The position numbers and the translations under genes were made by a program. Shown here piece by piece: positions 1 to 10,972 of a DNA stretch of 64,000 bases (its first letter is position 1; every line of letters starts with the position of its first letter). Location: NCBI RefSeq assembly GCF_003918875.1, contig NW_025767265.1:124001-188000 (forward strand), read 5' to 3'. The notes beneath the pieces are model-generated. The model searched no databases and was not told the DNA's origin. It saw only the letters and a list, made by a program, of their open reading frames with translations. This stretch comes from Haliotis rubra (lineage: Eukaryota).

Positions 1-1121
1 ATGGGAAAACCAATCATCGGGACACCTTGCAAGAAAGCTTCATTCTGACCATTAGCCCCACAATGGGTGATAAACAATTTAGCGTTTGGGTGGGCAAGTA
101 AGTCCGACTGTGGCATCCAGTCAGTTAACAATACATTTGGTCCCACTTTGAAATTTTTGTCTGTTTTGAATATGTATTTGTAGTTCGTCCGCGAAAATGA
201 ATCCAGTAACCTTTTCGATATTTTATCTTGAAGCGACTTCATAATACTTCCAAACGAAACAATGACCACGCCTTCTTTTGCCTTGTCCATAAACTCCTTG
301 TATTTTTGAGGGAGTGGCTTTGGTTCAGACGCTGACAGAGATCCAATTAGCTTGACGTTGGGCAAGGTGGCTGCTCGGTAGTCAAGGAGAGGTTCAATGT
401 CGATGAGCCAAAGCCAGGCCTTAGCTGTCAAGGCTTCCATTGAGATGTACGGCTTCTCTGGGGCATAGGCTGCTACTGGCCTATAGGTAGAGAACAGATC
501 ATAAACAAACACGTACATCACTGTCGTAATGACATTCGCAACACGTGTCAAAAAGTCCATTTTTGGTGTCTTTGGGAAAAACATGGACGGGAAAGCAGAT
601 GGAATGAAAGGATTCCGGCTAACTTGAGGAATGGAAGCTGCCCCCATGAATATGAAAGGCATGTCCAGTCTGTGAGCAATGATGGTCAACATTCTCGCTA
701 CGGGTGTAGCATCGAATATAATCAGATCAAACTTCAACTCTTTGATTTTCCTGAATAATTCCTGGTCACTCAGTATACTGCCACGTCTTAATCTTATAAA
801 ATCCAGGGGCAAAAGAGCACTGCCTTTATCGAAATATGCGTTTACAATGTCTTCAAATTTGTCTTTGCCGAAGACATATTTATCAACCGATTTGTATTTC
901 AGGATGTGGACGCCCTGTGCTTGAAGGCCCTTGTGATTGGCCAGTTCAGTTGACAAAGCATTCCATACCACGTGACCACGCGAAGCCAGCTCTGTTGCCA
1001 CATTCAGAGATCCCCGAATGTGACTGTATGTAGGCATGTACAGGAAGAGAATCCTAGCGGCCTGAAACCCAGGCAGACACAGTAGCAACAGCAGAACCAC
1101 ACTTCCGGTATCAAACCTCAT
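1..1121 (-). CDS. UDP-glucuronosyl/glycosyltransferase (GT1 family), copy 1; 3' part lies beyond the window edge
   Basis: ATG at 1121 gives MRFDTGSVVLLLLLCLPGFQAARILFLYMPTYSHIRG (signal peptide, catalytic His). The same frame reaches WMPQSDLLAHP...GVPMIGFP at the window edge. Closely collinear with 40611-42134. Polypyrimidine+CAG splice acceptor at 1141-1160, just upstream of the ATG. Confidence 0.93.
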   Translation of the reverse strand, partial: MRFDTGSVVLLLLLCLPGFQAARILFLYMPTYSHIRGSLNVATELASRGHVVWNALSTELANHKGLQAQGVHILKYKSVDKYVFGKDKFEDIVNAYFDKGSALLPLDFIRLRRGSILSDQELFRKIKELKFDLIIFDATPVARMLTIIAHRLDMPFIFMGAASIPQVSRNPFIPSAFPSMFFPKTPKMDFLTRVANVITTVMYVFVYDLFSTYRPVAAYAPEKPYISMEALTAKAWLWLIDIEPLLDYRAATLPNVKLIGSLSASEPKPLPQKYKEFMDKAKEGVVIVSFGSIMKSLQDKISKRLLDSFSRTNYKYIFKTDKNFKVGPNVLLTDWMPQSDLLAHPNAKLFITHCGANGQNEAFLQGVPMIGFP

Positions 1122-1396
1122 CCTGGACAATTGAAGCAATCTGTAAGATACAAAGATATTACAGTGAGTGCTAAGCGACGTGAGGAGGATAGGTGGTGGG
1201 ATGATTCATCGTGTTCCCTCAACGCATCATACCTTAATCGAGTGCAGACTAAGTGTTCTTAGTTTAGGACTAGAAAGTAACATCCATCCAGTTTGGTTGG
1301 TACTACCACTTTTCAACAAAACAAGCCCAACAAAATTGAAAGATTTTAAATATGAAAGTGCTAAAGAATAACTAGTGTTGACGATCCTCAGAAATA

Positions 1397-1700
1397 TACT
1401 CTCCCAAAAAAGAAACGCATGTAGGAATTTCAACTGTATTTTTATGTTTATTTTGAAACATCTTTTAGGCTTTATGAGTCAATGAAATATAGCACCAACT
1501 CGAGGAAAGTCAGTCTGAGTGTCACATTGAGACGTGTGGTGGCGCTGAAGTCAATACCTCGTGTAACCACCGTGGGCATCCAGAACTGCACGGAATCGCC
1601 TCGGCATCGAACGAATGAGTCTCAGAAGTTTCATCCCACATCAATGACATCACCTGAGCCGATTCCTAATGCAACTAATTGGTAAACTATGCTTGTTGTA
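1397..1700. mobile_element. Degenerate Tc1/mariner terminal fragment
   Basis: TATACTCTCCCAAAAAAGAAACGCA resembles the TA+TACTG...AAAGAAAC termini of the other Tc1 elements in the window. No intact ORF. Confidence 0.35.
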
Positions 1701-2099
1701 CTAATGGTTCGGGCTGTCAGAATCGAAAGCTCCTATTTTCTTTCACTTGTTTGTCTGGTTCAGAATCGACAATCAATGTGTTATCGTTATGTATTTGGAC
1801 AACAGATGACTGTGGCAGTAGACAAAGACACACACTAAATACATCCTAAAACGATGCATGTAGCGATTGCAACTTCTATGCAGATATCAATATTGGGATG
1901 TAGCTAATATGTGTTGCCATCAGTTCTAGTCAATTTCATATAAGCATTTAGACAATATATTAGAACCAGGGCTTTTCAAAATATGATCAGCACCCATGAG
2001 GACAGGTCAAGGGGATTAAATGGAGAGTCCCCAGGTCTGATCCTGTGAACGCACGTGCTCCAGTCGCATCCTATGTTCACTGAACACCAGGGTGTATTT

Positions 2100-2181
2100 G
2101 CACACATGCACATAAACAGGCACACAGACAGACACGCACGCACCCACGCACAGACACACGGACACAGAGAGACACACACAC
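2100..2181. repeat. Imperfect (CA)n/(CACG)n microsatellite
   Basis: Visible low-complexity CA-rich run. Confidence 0.8.
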
Positions 2182-2989
2182 GTCTACTCAGTTATACAGG
2201 AACTCAAAGCGTCCCTACCTTTCTCCCAGAAAGCGTCTCTACATGCACAATGCACCACCCCAAATACTATCGCTGTGCTGTCGAATGACCCACAAATTGC
2301 ACTTTGTGAGAGAGATATGTAGCTAGCCTGGGTTCACAAGTGGAAACATGTCAATATGACCTAGTTGCATGGTGTTCCAGTTACATCACGGTGTGGCAGT
2401 TTGCTGGTGGAGGAAAAAGGTGGAAACTTGGGATGATGGTGCAAACAAACCAAGGATCATTTGGGTGAATCTGGGACTCGAACCTCAATATTATACACAA
2501 CGCCCCTCATTGGTGTGAGTGAAAGGCTGGGTAATTGATATCAATACTGAAGATAATGGAGATATCAAAGTTGACAAAATGAGAAATTATAGGACGCTGA
2601 AAAGGCACTGGAAGATAGAAGGAAACTAGAAAAACAGACCAGAGTAGACAAAAATTGAAGAAACAAAGACAATAGAAGTTATTATTGGGTCTGGGATATT
2701 TTGATCTGCTGTTTATGAATTATTGACTACTTTGAATTGCCTAGAGTCCTAAGACAGAACTCCGTGGCTCATGGGACAATCTGGTGATGTTGACCTCTGA
2801 ATAATGTATGTCTCCAATTTCTTGTAGAACACCCATGTATCCCTGCTGTCAGCTTCTTGGATATCCGATGCATATTGATGCCGTGCTTGTTAGCACTCTG
2901 TGGTGGGCGAAGACCAGGGGTGCTGAATCTTTTTCCTTTCATCATGACTCACCAACAACCTGGTTCAACTCGAAATCATCTGATTCCTG

Positions 2990-3460
2990 ACCTAGATTTC
3001 ATAGTGAATGAGGCTACAGACTATCTACCCTTTAAACTAAACCTATTTGCTGTGTCCAAGGCTACCTATGGGATTTGTGGGGAAGTGAGAAATGCCACCC
3101 GTCTCCGTAGTGGGTCACATTTGGTGGAGTGCGCACGGAGACAGCAGTCTCTAAATCTTATGCCAAAACATTTGCCAATATAGAGGTTGCTGTGTCCATG
3201 CATGGAATTCTCAATTCTTGTCGTGTTATCATACGTGACAGGGCACGCTGTCTGTATGATATGAGCGGAGAGGAAATTGCTAGAGCGCTTGAAGATCAGG
3301 CTGTTACAGAGGTGAAACGTTTCACTATTACAAAGGATTGGATCATACCTAAAACCAATACTTATCTCCTAACATTTGCTAGATCATCTTTACAACAGCC
3401 AATAAAAGCAGATTATGTATGTCTCAGTTCCACCCGGGTGTTACAAATGTCAACAGTTTG
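2990..3460 (+). mobile_element. Nimb/I-clade LINE ORF1 (gag-like), N-terminal half, frameshifted
   Basis: LNLFAVSKATYGICGEVRNATRLRSGSHLVEC and LNSCRVII...VTEVKRFTI...TNTYLLTF motifs. Ends in the start of a zinc knuckle, CYKCQQF, at ~3439-3459. Confidence 0.75.
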
Positions 3461-4090
3461 TCTGGGCTGTGTTCTGAGTCCAGTATTATTCATTTTCTTC
3501 ACTAATGAACTTGTCACGGAAATGTACGCAAATTGTGAAAGTGGTATTGTTGTTTCTCATCACATGGAAGACATTCTCTTATTAGTGTTCGCTGATGATC
3601 ATGTTTCAACGTTTGCCTACATTGTGGTTGGTTTGCCAAAAAACAGCTTGATGTGGTCTATGCATTCTGTCAGAAGTGGGGACTTGAAATCAGTATGAAG
3701 AACACGAATGTTATTGTATTCCGAAACGGTGGAAATGTGAGCGGAAAGGAGAAGTGGTACACTGGGAGCTCACATGTTAAATGGTAAAACTGTAACCTAT
3801 TATAGCTACCTTGGTGTTCTGTTTCCATCATCATTGAAGTGGTCAAAAGCATGTCAAACTATCTCCCTCAAAGCTAGTAAAGTCATTTTCTCCCAGTATG
3901 GATTATTTTGAAACAATAAGCATATTTCTTTTACAGTTGCTTGTAACAATTTGTATAGTAGAATCTTGCCTGTATTATTAAATGGTTTAGATATCTGGGG
4001 GGCTAGGTATTATGAATACATAGAAAAGGTACAAACTACATACTTCAAAATATTTCCAAATGTTGGCAGGTATGCATCAAATACTGGGTG
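3461..4090 (+). mobile_element. Fragment of a second non-LTR retrotransposon reverse transcriptase (RTE-X/CR1-L2-like)
   Basis: GCVLSPVLFIFFTNEL and LLLVFADD motifs, followed by VIVFRNGG and YLG remnants in shifted frames. Confidence 0.7.
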
Positions 4091-4099
4091 ACTTCTTTG

Positions 4100-4215
4100 A
4101 CTGGCATTCTAGAAGTTGGGTAGATGAAGAATGAGGATTATGTTTATGGATATACAACTTCTTTATTCTATATAGGCGACGTTTCTACATAAATTCTAAT
4201 GTCGTTGTCAAGCAA
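4100..4215 (-). mobile_element. Penelope-like element 3' pseudo-LTR remnant with hammerhead-like motif
   Basis: Minus strand reads TTGACAA-CGACAT..ATGTAG-AAAC-GTCG...AATAAAGAAGTTG. Shares GGCATTCTAGAAGTTG with 29886-30060. Confidence 0.5.
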
Positions 4216-4647
4216 GTGGTGCATGGGAAGTAATTTGGGTGATACATATACATGAGATGTTTGTACAATAGATGAGGGATGAGGCGAAACTGAGTTTGTT
4301 TTGAATGAACAATGACTAAATGTGGAGTCTTCTAATATCCTTTTAATGTAGATCAAGGTATATTCTACAAGAATGAAATGCAGAAAATAATGTCCATAAT
4401 GTCTTCATAGTAGATACATATGAATACCAGATTATTACATCAAATGTAAACATCTCTGAAACCCAAGATTTAAACTGAATCTCAAATTCAATATTGGACT
4501 CTCCCACGTGGGAACACATAATATAAATAATCAGACCAGATATGCTCGAAATGATATGAGCAGAAAAGTATTATAACATTAACGTAGTGATAAACCACTT
4601 CAATGTGCCTAATTAACAACCGATAAGGCATATACCCTATTTACATA

Positions 4648-6163
4648 TACTGAGTCAAAAAAAGAAACTTCACATTCTTTCTTCAGGGCACTATAAAAGA
4701 ACGAGAGATGGAACGATGGTTAAATTGTTATTATTTCATTGCTGAGATATGTGTGATGTACTCGATACACTGACAGTGCCATAATCAGTTCCATTAGGCT
4801 ACACCGTCGTTCCAAAACATGGGTATACAGAATGTCAAGTCACAAGAATAAAAAATGAGAAATTTCTCAGTTCAATATCGTGTATGGCCGCCCCGCGCAT
4901 TCACCACTGCCAAACACCGTCTCCTCATCGACTGCCTGATGCTTCTGAACACGTGGTTGGGGATTCTGCGCCATTGCTCTTGCAAGGCAGCGCCAAGTTC
5001 CTGCAAAAATTCTGAGGTTGGTTCCTAAGACCACGAAGCCTTCTCCCAAGTGCACCCCAAACGTGCTCCATTGGATTAAGGTCCATGACGTTGATTCCAG
5101 CGTTTTGAAGGAAATTTCGTGTCAACATCGCGGTATGCGGCCGAGCATTTTCATGCTGGAACTGTAGACCTGGGCCATCAGCCGCCATGAAAGGAACGAG
5201 TTCAGGGGGTGAGCACCTGGTCGTGGTAAGCAGCAGCTGTGAGGTTTCCACGGATGACCAGAAGTCGGGAACGGTTGTTCCCACAGAAAGCACCCCACAC
5301 CATGCAACTTCCGCCCCCGAATATGTCGACTTCCTGTACACAACATTTGGCATACCGTTCACGGCGGCGTCTCCAGACTCTATGCCTGCCGTCCGTGAAT
5401 CTGAGGGTAAACCTGGATTCATCGCTAAAGACGACTCGATTCCAGTCTCTTTGTGTCCATCGGAGGTGACGTTGGGCCCACAGCAGACGTTGACGTTGAT
5501 GAAACGGCGTCAATATTGGTCCACGATATGGACGTCGAGAACGGAGATTGGCAGCCCGCAACCGATTTCGAATGGTCGGTGAGGATAGTCGACCTTTAAA
5601 CATCTCAGCCCTGGTTCGTGTAGCCGGCAGAAATCTGTCACGTAGGTGACGTAGGATGATTTGACGGTCTTCTGCTCGTGACGTCACACGTGGACGACCC
5701 GACCTTGGGCGATCAGAAGTGGTGCCAGTTTGTTGTAGACGACCTAACAAGTCATACACAGTACGACGGCTGCATCCCATTGCTCTTGCGACGTCACTAA
5801 CTGATCTTCCCGCTTGCAACATGCCAACGGCACGTTCACGTTGCACATTTGACAATCGTGACATTTCAAGTACCGTTAGAACTGTGCTTTAAAAGTGTTT
5901 TTTTATTTCTTGAGGCCAATGCAAACACGTGCATATGAAGAAAACTTCGATGCGAAGATCACGTGATCGACTGCACGTGCAAAACCTGATTTGGCACTAA
6001 CGTCATTTGCACGACGAATGTATGGGTTTGAGTGGGTTTTGCTAACGCTTTTCTAGAGTCGAAAGATAGGGATCCCATTTCGGATACATAGATGTATCAT
6101 CAGAGAAAAAATATTCATTATTTTTCAAATTACATTTTGTGAAGTTTCTTTTTTGACTCAGTA
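4648..6163 (-). mobile_element. Tc1/mariner DNA transposon, both ends present, transposase disrupted
   Basis: TIRs TACTGAGTCAAAAAA(A)GAAACTTCACA at both ends with TA TSDs. Transposase 5864-4872: MSRLSNVQRERAVGML, RSGRPR, FSDESRF, LNPMEH, GGHTRY. Frameshifted; QHDN reads QHEN and the WPxxSP segment is deleted. Confidence 0.95.
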
Positions 6164-7760
6164 TATATTAATGGACTCTTCCAAAAGTTAGTCAAATTCG
6201 GAAACTATCGTCAAAACTCAAAATTTTGTGTACAAAGTAATTATTTAAAGAACCGTGAATAAACTTGTAAAGTATTAAACAGACCTTTCCATTACAAACA
6301 CGGCCTACATACAGCAAATTGCCAACTGAATATCATCTCCGAAATAAAATGGAATCTTCCAAAGCGTGCATGTGAAGATATTTGAAAAGATAAATACAAT
6401 ACTCCATAAGTTGCTATTATTAGTGAAATAGTAGTCATTAGGAGTATATTGGGAACATTCTTTTGCATAATGTATCATTTCCTACCTGAAGAGTGACTTC
6501 TCCGCAAAGAAATGTTGGGCAACATGTACTCGCTCTGACCGTTGCACGTTTCTCTGTGAGCGAATCGCCAGTTGCCTAAAAACGAGTTTATAAGGGGAGA
6601 TAATTTGCAATCAATAATGCCTAATGATGCAAACCACTAAACAAATATAAGAAGTTTCTACGGTTCTAGAAAATACATGGCATATTTTGTTACTAGTTTC
6701 AAATGAAAGTGCCACCAAGCAAATCTGCACTAGTTCACACATCTGGCATACATTTATAACACTATAAAACCCATGATACACAAACAGTGTATACAACTTA
6801 AAGCTCAGTAATCATAATAATATTCAGATTTTTTTATGTTTCAGAACAACTGTTTAAACAGTATCTACAAAATAATATATGTTCCATGAAGTCATCTCTC
6901 TGGGAAATAGAAAGATACATATCTCAGCTACAAATTACTGATTTCATAACATATCACCATACTCACTCAGTGATTTTCCTAATAATAATAAACGTAAATT
7001 ATGGGTGAATGCATTTCAAACATACAGCTCAACATGATTGTCAATAATTCTTTGGTACACAGATTCCATAACGTTTCAGAACAGAGTTTTTTATACAATA
7101 GAAGAGGTTGATAACACAGGATTAAGTGGGTTGATAGGAAGCCAGTAAAGAACATGTACATGGTTGTATGTGTCCTCTCACTTAGCCAGATTCTGTCAAA
7201 ACAGGTCTCTCACATAGCCAGAGTGGGATTTGGCTGACTAGGGTTAGTGTTGTGATAACGCATGTCCACATGAGCCATAGTTTGTTTCAACAAGTGCTCA
7301 ATAAGCAAGATTAGTGAAATTTGTATTAAAGTGAGATATATGTACAAAAGTCATTAATATGGTATTATTTGAATTTTTTGGAGGATTTAAGGAAATGCTC
7401 CATTGATGACATTAGTGACAGTTGTTTTTACGTGAGATACATTTATATCGTATTATTTGAATTCTCTACGGGGATTTCAGGAAATGCTCAATGAGTGATA
7501 TTAGTGAAATGATTTTAACTAGTCCAAGATTATTAATGCAAAAATAATTATTATTCCGAACACAAACAATTAGGCCTCTGGTTTCAAAAAGACACAAATT
7601 GGACTGCACATATAAATTCTGTAGTAGTAGAGGGAAAAGCGAGAAAAAGACGTATGGGTGCACCTTGCTTAGAAGCTTCCATACGGGCTAAAATCCCAAT
7701 CCAGGAAATCCCAATCACAATTCCCTGAGCCGTCGACCCTTTTGGCTGCTAACTCGCTAG

Positions 7761-9962
7761 CAGGCAACGAATACGTTGTCGGCTCGTGTGGAGCAAACCA
7801 CGAATTTGTTGGTCGACATCTTGTCGAGGCTGGACAAGGACGACGACGACAAGGAAGAACTCCTGGTGGAAATATACTGAACCGCAAAAGAAACGCAAGT
7901 CAAAATCAAGATTTTGAAAAACTTTACTTTTGACAGATAATACATGAAAACAGGTACATAATAACAATCAACACTTGTTGCATGATGATTGGGACATGTC
8001 AGTCAATGCATGGAAACATTGTTGGTTTACTTTGCCTTGAAGACAAAATCGAAATTGATCCAACAAATCAGTAACGCGTATGTCCACCTCGTGCATTCAC
8101 TACAGCTGTGCACCGCTTGAACATGGAGTGAATCAGACGGTTGACAAAGGCCCTAGGGATTGCCGCACATGTCCGGATGATGGCTGCCTGGAGTTCTGCT
8201 GCAGTTGTCGGACGTGGTCGGACTTCATTCAGTCGTCTCTGCAGCTCGTCCCAAAAATGTTCGATCGGGTTTAAATCGGGACTGACAGCAGGCCATGGCA
8301 GTAGTCGGATGTTATGCTGCTGGAAAAATGCCTGAGTGCCTCTAGCAGTGTGGGGCCTGGCATTATCTTGCTGGAAAATGAGTTGCTGGTGTCGGACGAA
8401 AAATGGCACAACCTGGGGTCGGAGGATCTGGTCGATATAATGTTGGGCAGTGACTCCATTTCCCCGACCTGGCCCAATATTCTGGAAGAATACTGGCCCT
8501 AATCTCTGATTCAGGCCAATCGCTGCCCATACCATAACACTCGGACCTCCCCATGCATCATCTTGCATTACACATTCGTCAGCAAAGCGTTCACCTCGTC
8601 TTCGCCATATTCGAACTTGTCCGTCAGCATGAGAAATGCAAAACCGACTTTCATCAGAGAACAATACCAGTCTCCACTGTTGATGACGCCAGTTTCGATG
8701 CAACGTAGCCCACTGCAGACGATTCTGCGAACGTAAGAGGACGGACGTCGAGCTGGACGACGACAACGGAGGTGGACTGCTCTGAGTCTGCGCCAAACTG
8801 TATCTCCGCTTATTGCTCGGTTGTGACGTCCAATAGTCTGTCGGGCAGTCTCGTTGGCAGATAAAAATCGATCCCCGATGTGCGAACGTTGAATGTGTCG
8901 ATCTTACCGTGGTGTTGTGACTCTCGGACGTCCAGGACGTTGGCGGTCAGCAGTGGTCTGTGTAGCAACAAAACGTTCCTGAGGACGGTAGATGGTCGTT
9001 ATGTGCACATGGAATGCATTGGCAACATCTGCAACACTCTGTCCAGCTTCAAGACGGCCGATGGCTTGTTCCCTCTGTTGCGTCGTTAACCTTGGCATTC
9101 TTGGTGGGCGTTTGTCGGGAGTGATTTCAAACTGATTTGAGGGCATTTTTATACCCCTATGTGTCCGTTACATAATGCGCATCATGATTTTCATGAAAAA
9201 CTTCTGCAACCACATCCCACGGGCAATTCAATTGCTGCGTTTTGGCGATGTGCAATATCCAAGAGAAATCACCAAACAGAACCTGAACATTAACAAACTG
9301 TTTTTTCACAACAAAGGTAACCAATGTGTAGTTACACTATAATATTTAACAATGTTCTATCGAATATTTATTCATTTTGAAAAACTTGCGTTTTTTTATG
9401 CGGTTCAGTATAGAAGGGGAACAAGAAGAGACCCATCTGGATATCCAGAAAGTGCGACACTTTCTACAATCGATGCAAAAGTTGATCTATCTTTCGATAG
9501 CGGCTGTGTTTCTCTTGAAGGTCGTCCACAAGACCTTGAAGCACAGCACGCCGTCGACGAGAAGACAGAAACACCCAAAACAGTTTCCACGGCCAAACCC
9601 GGGGATCCCCACTATATGGAGTAGAGAAGTCGATGTGTGGAATGCAGCCTATTTGGAAAAAAGTATTGTAGTAGGGTAAACGAACCATGCGTTTGTTGTT
9701 TTTTTTTGTCCGGGCATGCACCCTACTTTCCGTACCACGAAAAGCAGTTGGAATACGAAAAGTCTACGACTCCATTCGTCTTTTGCAACCCCAAGCACGC
9801 GACTGTGCATCTGCAAAAATACTAGGCGAGCTGCCCAGAAAACTATTCCCGCCCAAGGTCTGGGAGCAGCAACTCGACTTCTCTATCGTCTTTCTTTTTC
9901 GATATGGGCGAGCGGCAGATTTTGCTGAGCCTGCACAGAAACGGTTCCCCCACCAACCGTAG
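7761..9962 (+). pseudogene. Putative second, convergent ORF of the TIR element, interrupted by the Tc1 and decayed
   Basis: Removing the Tc1 joins QATNTLSARVEQTTNLLVDILSRLDKDDDDKEELLVEI to EGEQEETHLDIQKVRHFLQSMQKLIYLSIAAVFLLKVV (126 codons, to 9679). ORF 9687-9962 follows and ends 5 bp from the stop of the opposite ORF. No upstream ATG. Confidence 0.35.
7875..9410 (-). mobile_element. Tc1/mariner transposon nested in the TIR element
   Basis: TIRs TACTGAACCGCA..AAACGCAAGT with TA TSDs (7873-74, 9411-12). Transposase 9098-8068: MPRLTTQQREQAIGRL, FSDESRF, QQDNARPH, WPAVSPDLNPIEH, GGHTRY. Frameshifted near 8800-8900. Confidence 0.95.
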
Positions 9963-9967
9963 GTGTT

Positions 9968-10972
9968 CTATTCTGCCGGCTTCTCGAATCGTTTCTCGTA
10001 TATTGTAGCCGTGGACTGGAAACATTTTGTCTCCAGTTTGCGAATCGAGAAGCAGCAACAGTCGGGCTTCCCTTCGTATTTCGCTATGGCAAACTTTTTG
10101 CATGTGTAGATTCCTTCCGGAATGTCTGCGTCTTTTCGATGTTTTCTGCACGGAGGGGCTGCTACTTCCATATCCTTGGGCCCGCCATAGTTGGGCAAAG
10201 GGGTATGCCAAATATTGCTCCGTCCCTGTGGTACCTCTGCTATCCACGATAGCTGTTGGAAGAGACAAGAATCTTTCTCCTTGCACGGATAATAGTCCAC
10301 CAATTTGTTGAGGAGGAGTGCGTACTGTATGTTCCAGAAAGCGCAGGCGTTGTCGGACAGGTTCTCTATTTTCGAGATACAGACATCGAACCCGATTACT
10401 TCTGGAACCTTGAGTGGGAGTCGCTCCTGGGGTGTGTAGTCTATTGCTTTCTTTTCCCAGAGAACGCATTTCTTGCTGTCGATGCAGTGGTCGATGGCAC
10501 CACACTTCCATATAGAGTTGTCGGGTCCGAAGAGAGCAGGCAGTTCCGATAGAGCGGCGAGGCAGTCGCAGCATCGGTTGTGCCTGTGCTTGGGTTCCGG
10601 ATAGTATTCGTCAGCAAGAATGATTTGGAGTTTGCCGGCTACGGGTCGAAATTGGTGGGGTGGGTAGATGTAGACGAAATCGATTATTTTCCCGGCTTCT
10701 ACTAGTGGGCGAAAGCACAGCAAATAGAGATCGAGAAACTGGTGAGGGATCTGGGAGCGCTCGTAGAAGGTGTGCCCCGATTGCTCCAGGATTTGTTTCT
10801 CTCGGTTGGAAAGCAACATAGGGCGACACTTCTGCAGCAGGGTCTCGAAGTCTTCTGCTATGTCGGGAGTACTCGGCGTCTGGGGCTTGGGGCCTATACC
10901 ATCTGGGATTCGTGTATATCTGGCTTGCGATATGTGGTACTTCCCCTTCTCTTCCCGGGACAAACGATACAT
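9968..10972 (-). CDS. Uncharacterised Cys-rich protein (334 aa from the first in-frame ATG) carried by the TIR element
   Basis: Stop-free for more than 1 kb with protein-like composition. Cys/His clusters HNRCCDC, DHCIDSKKC, PPCRKH, DCCCF. TATAAAA lies ~75 bp upstream (11046-11052, minus strand). No family recognised. Confidence 0.7.
   Translation of the reverse strand: MYRLSREEKGKYHISQARYTRIPDGIGPKPQTPSTPDIAEDFETLLQKCRPMLLSNREKQILEQSGHTFYERSQIPHQFLDLYLLCFRPLVEAGKIIDFVYIYPPHQFRPVAGKLQIILADEYYPEPKHRHNRCCDCLAALSELPALFGPDNSIWKCGAIDHCIDSKKCVLWEKKAIDYTPQERLPLKVPEVIGFDVCISKIENLSDNACAFWNIQYALLLNKLVDYYPCKEKDSCLFQQLSWIAEVPQGRSNIWHTPLPNYGGPKDMEVAAPPCRKHRKDADIPEGIYTCKKFAIAKYEGKPDCCCFSIRKLETKCFQSTATIYEKRFEKPAE

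Noticed and set aside
3129-3698. 189-aa ORF as a single gene
   Set aside because: Chance fusion of a LINE ORF1 fragment with an unrelated RT fragment.
4925-5582. Antisense and shifted ORFs over Tc1 and UGT coding regions
   Set aside because: Shadow frames of the identified coding sequences.
9843-10574. 243-aa alternative-frame ORF overlapping the Cys-rich gene
   Set aside because: Non-ATG start and Arg-rich shadow-frame composition. An overprinted gene cannot be excluded but is unsupported.
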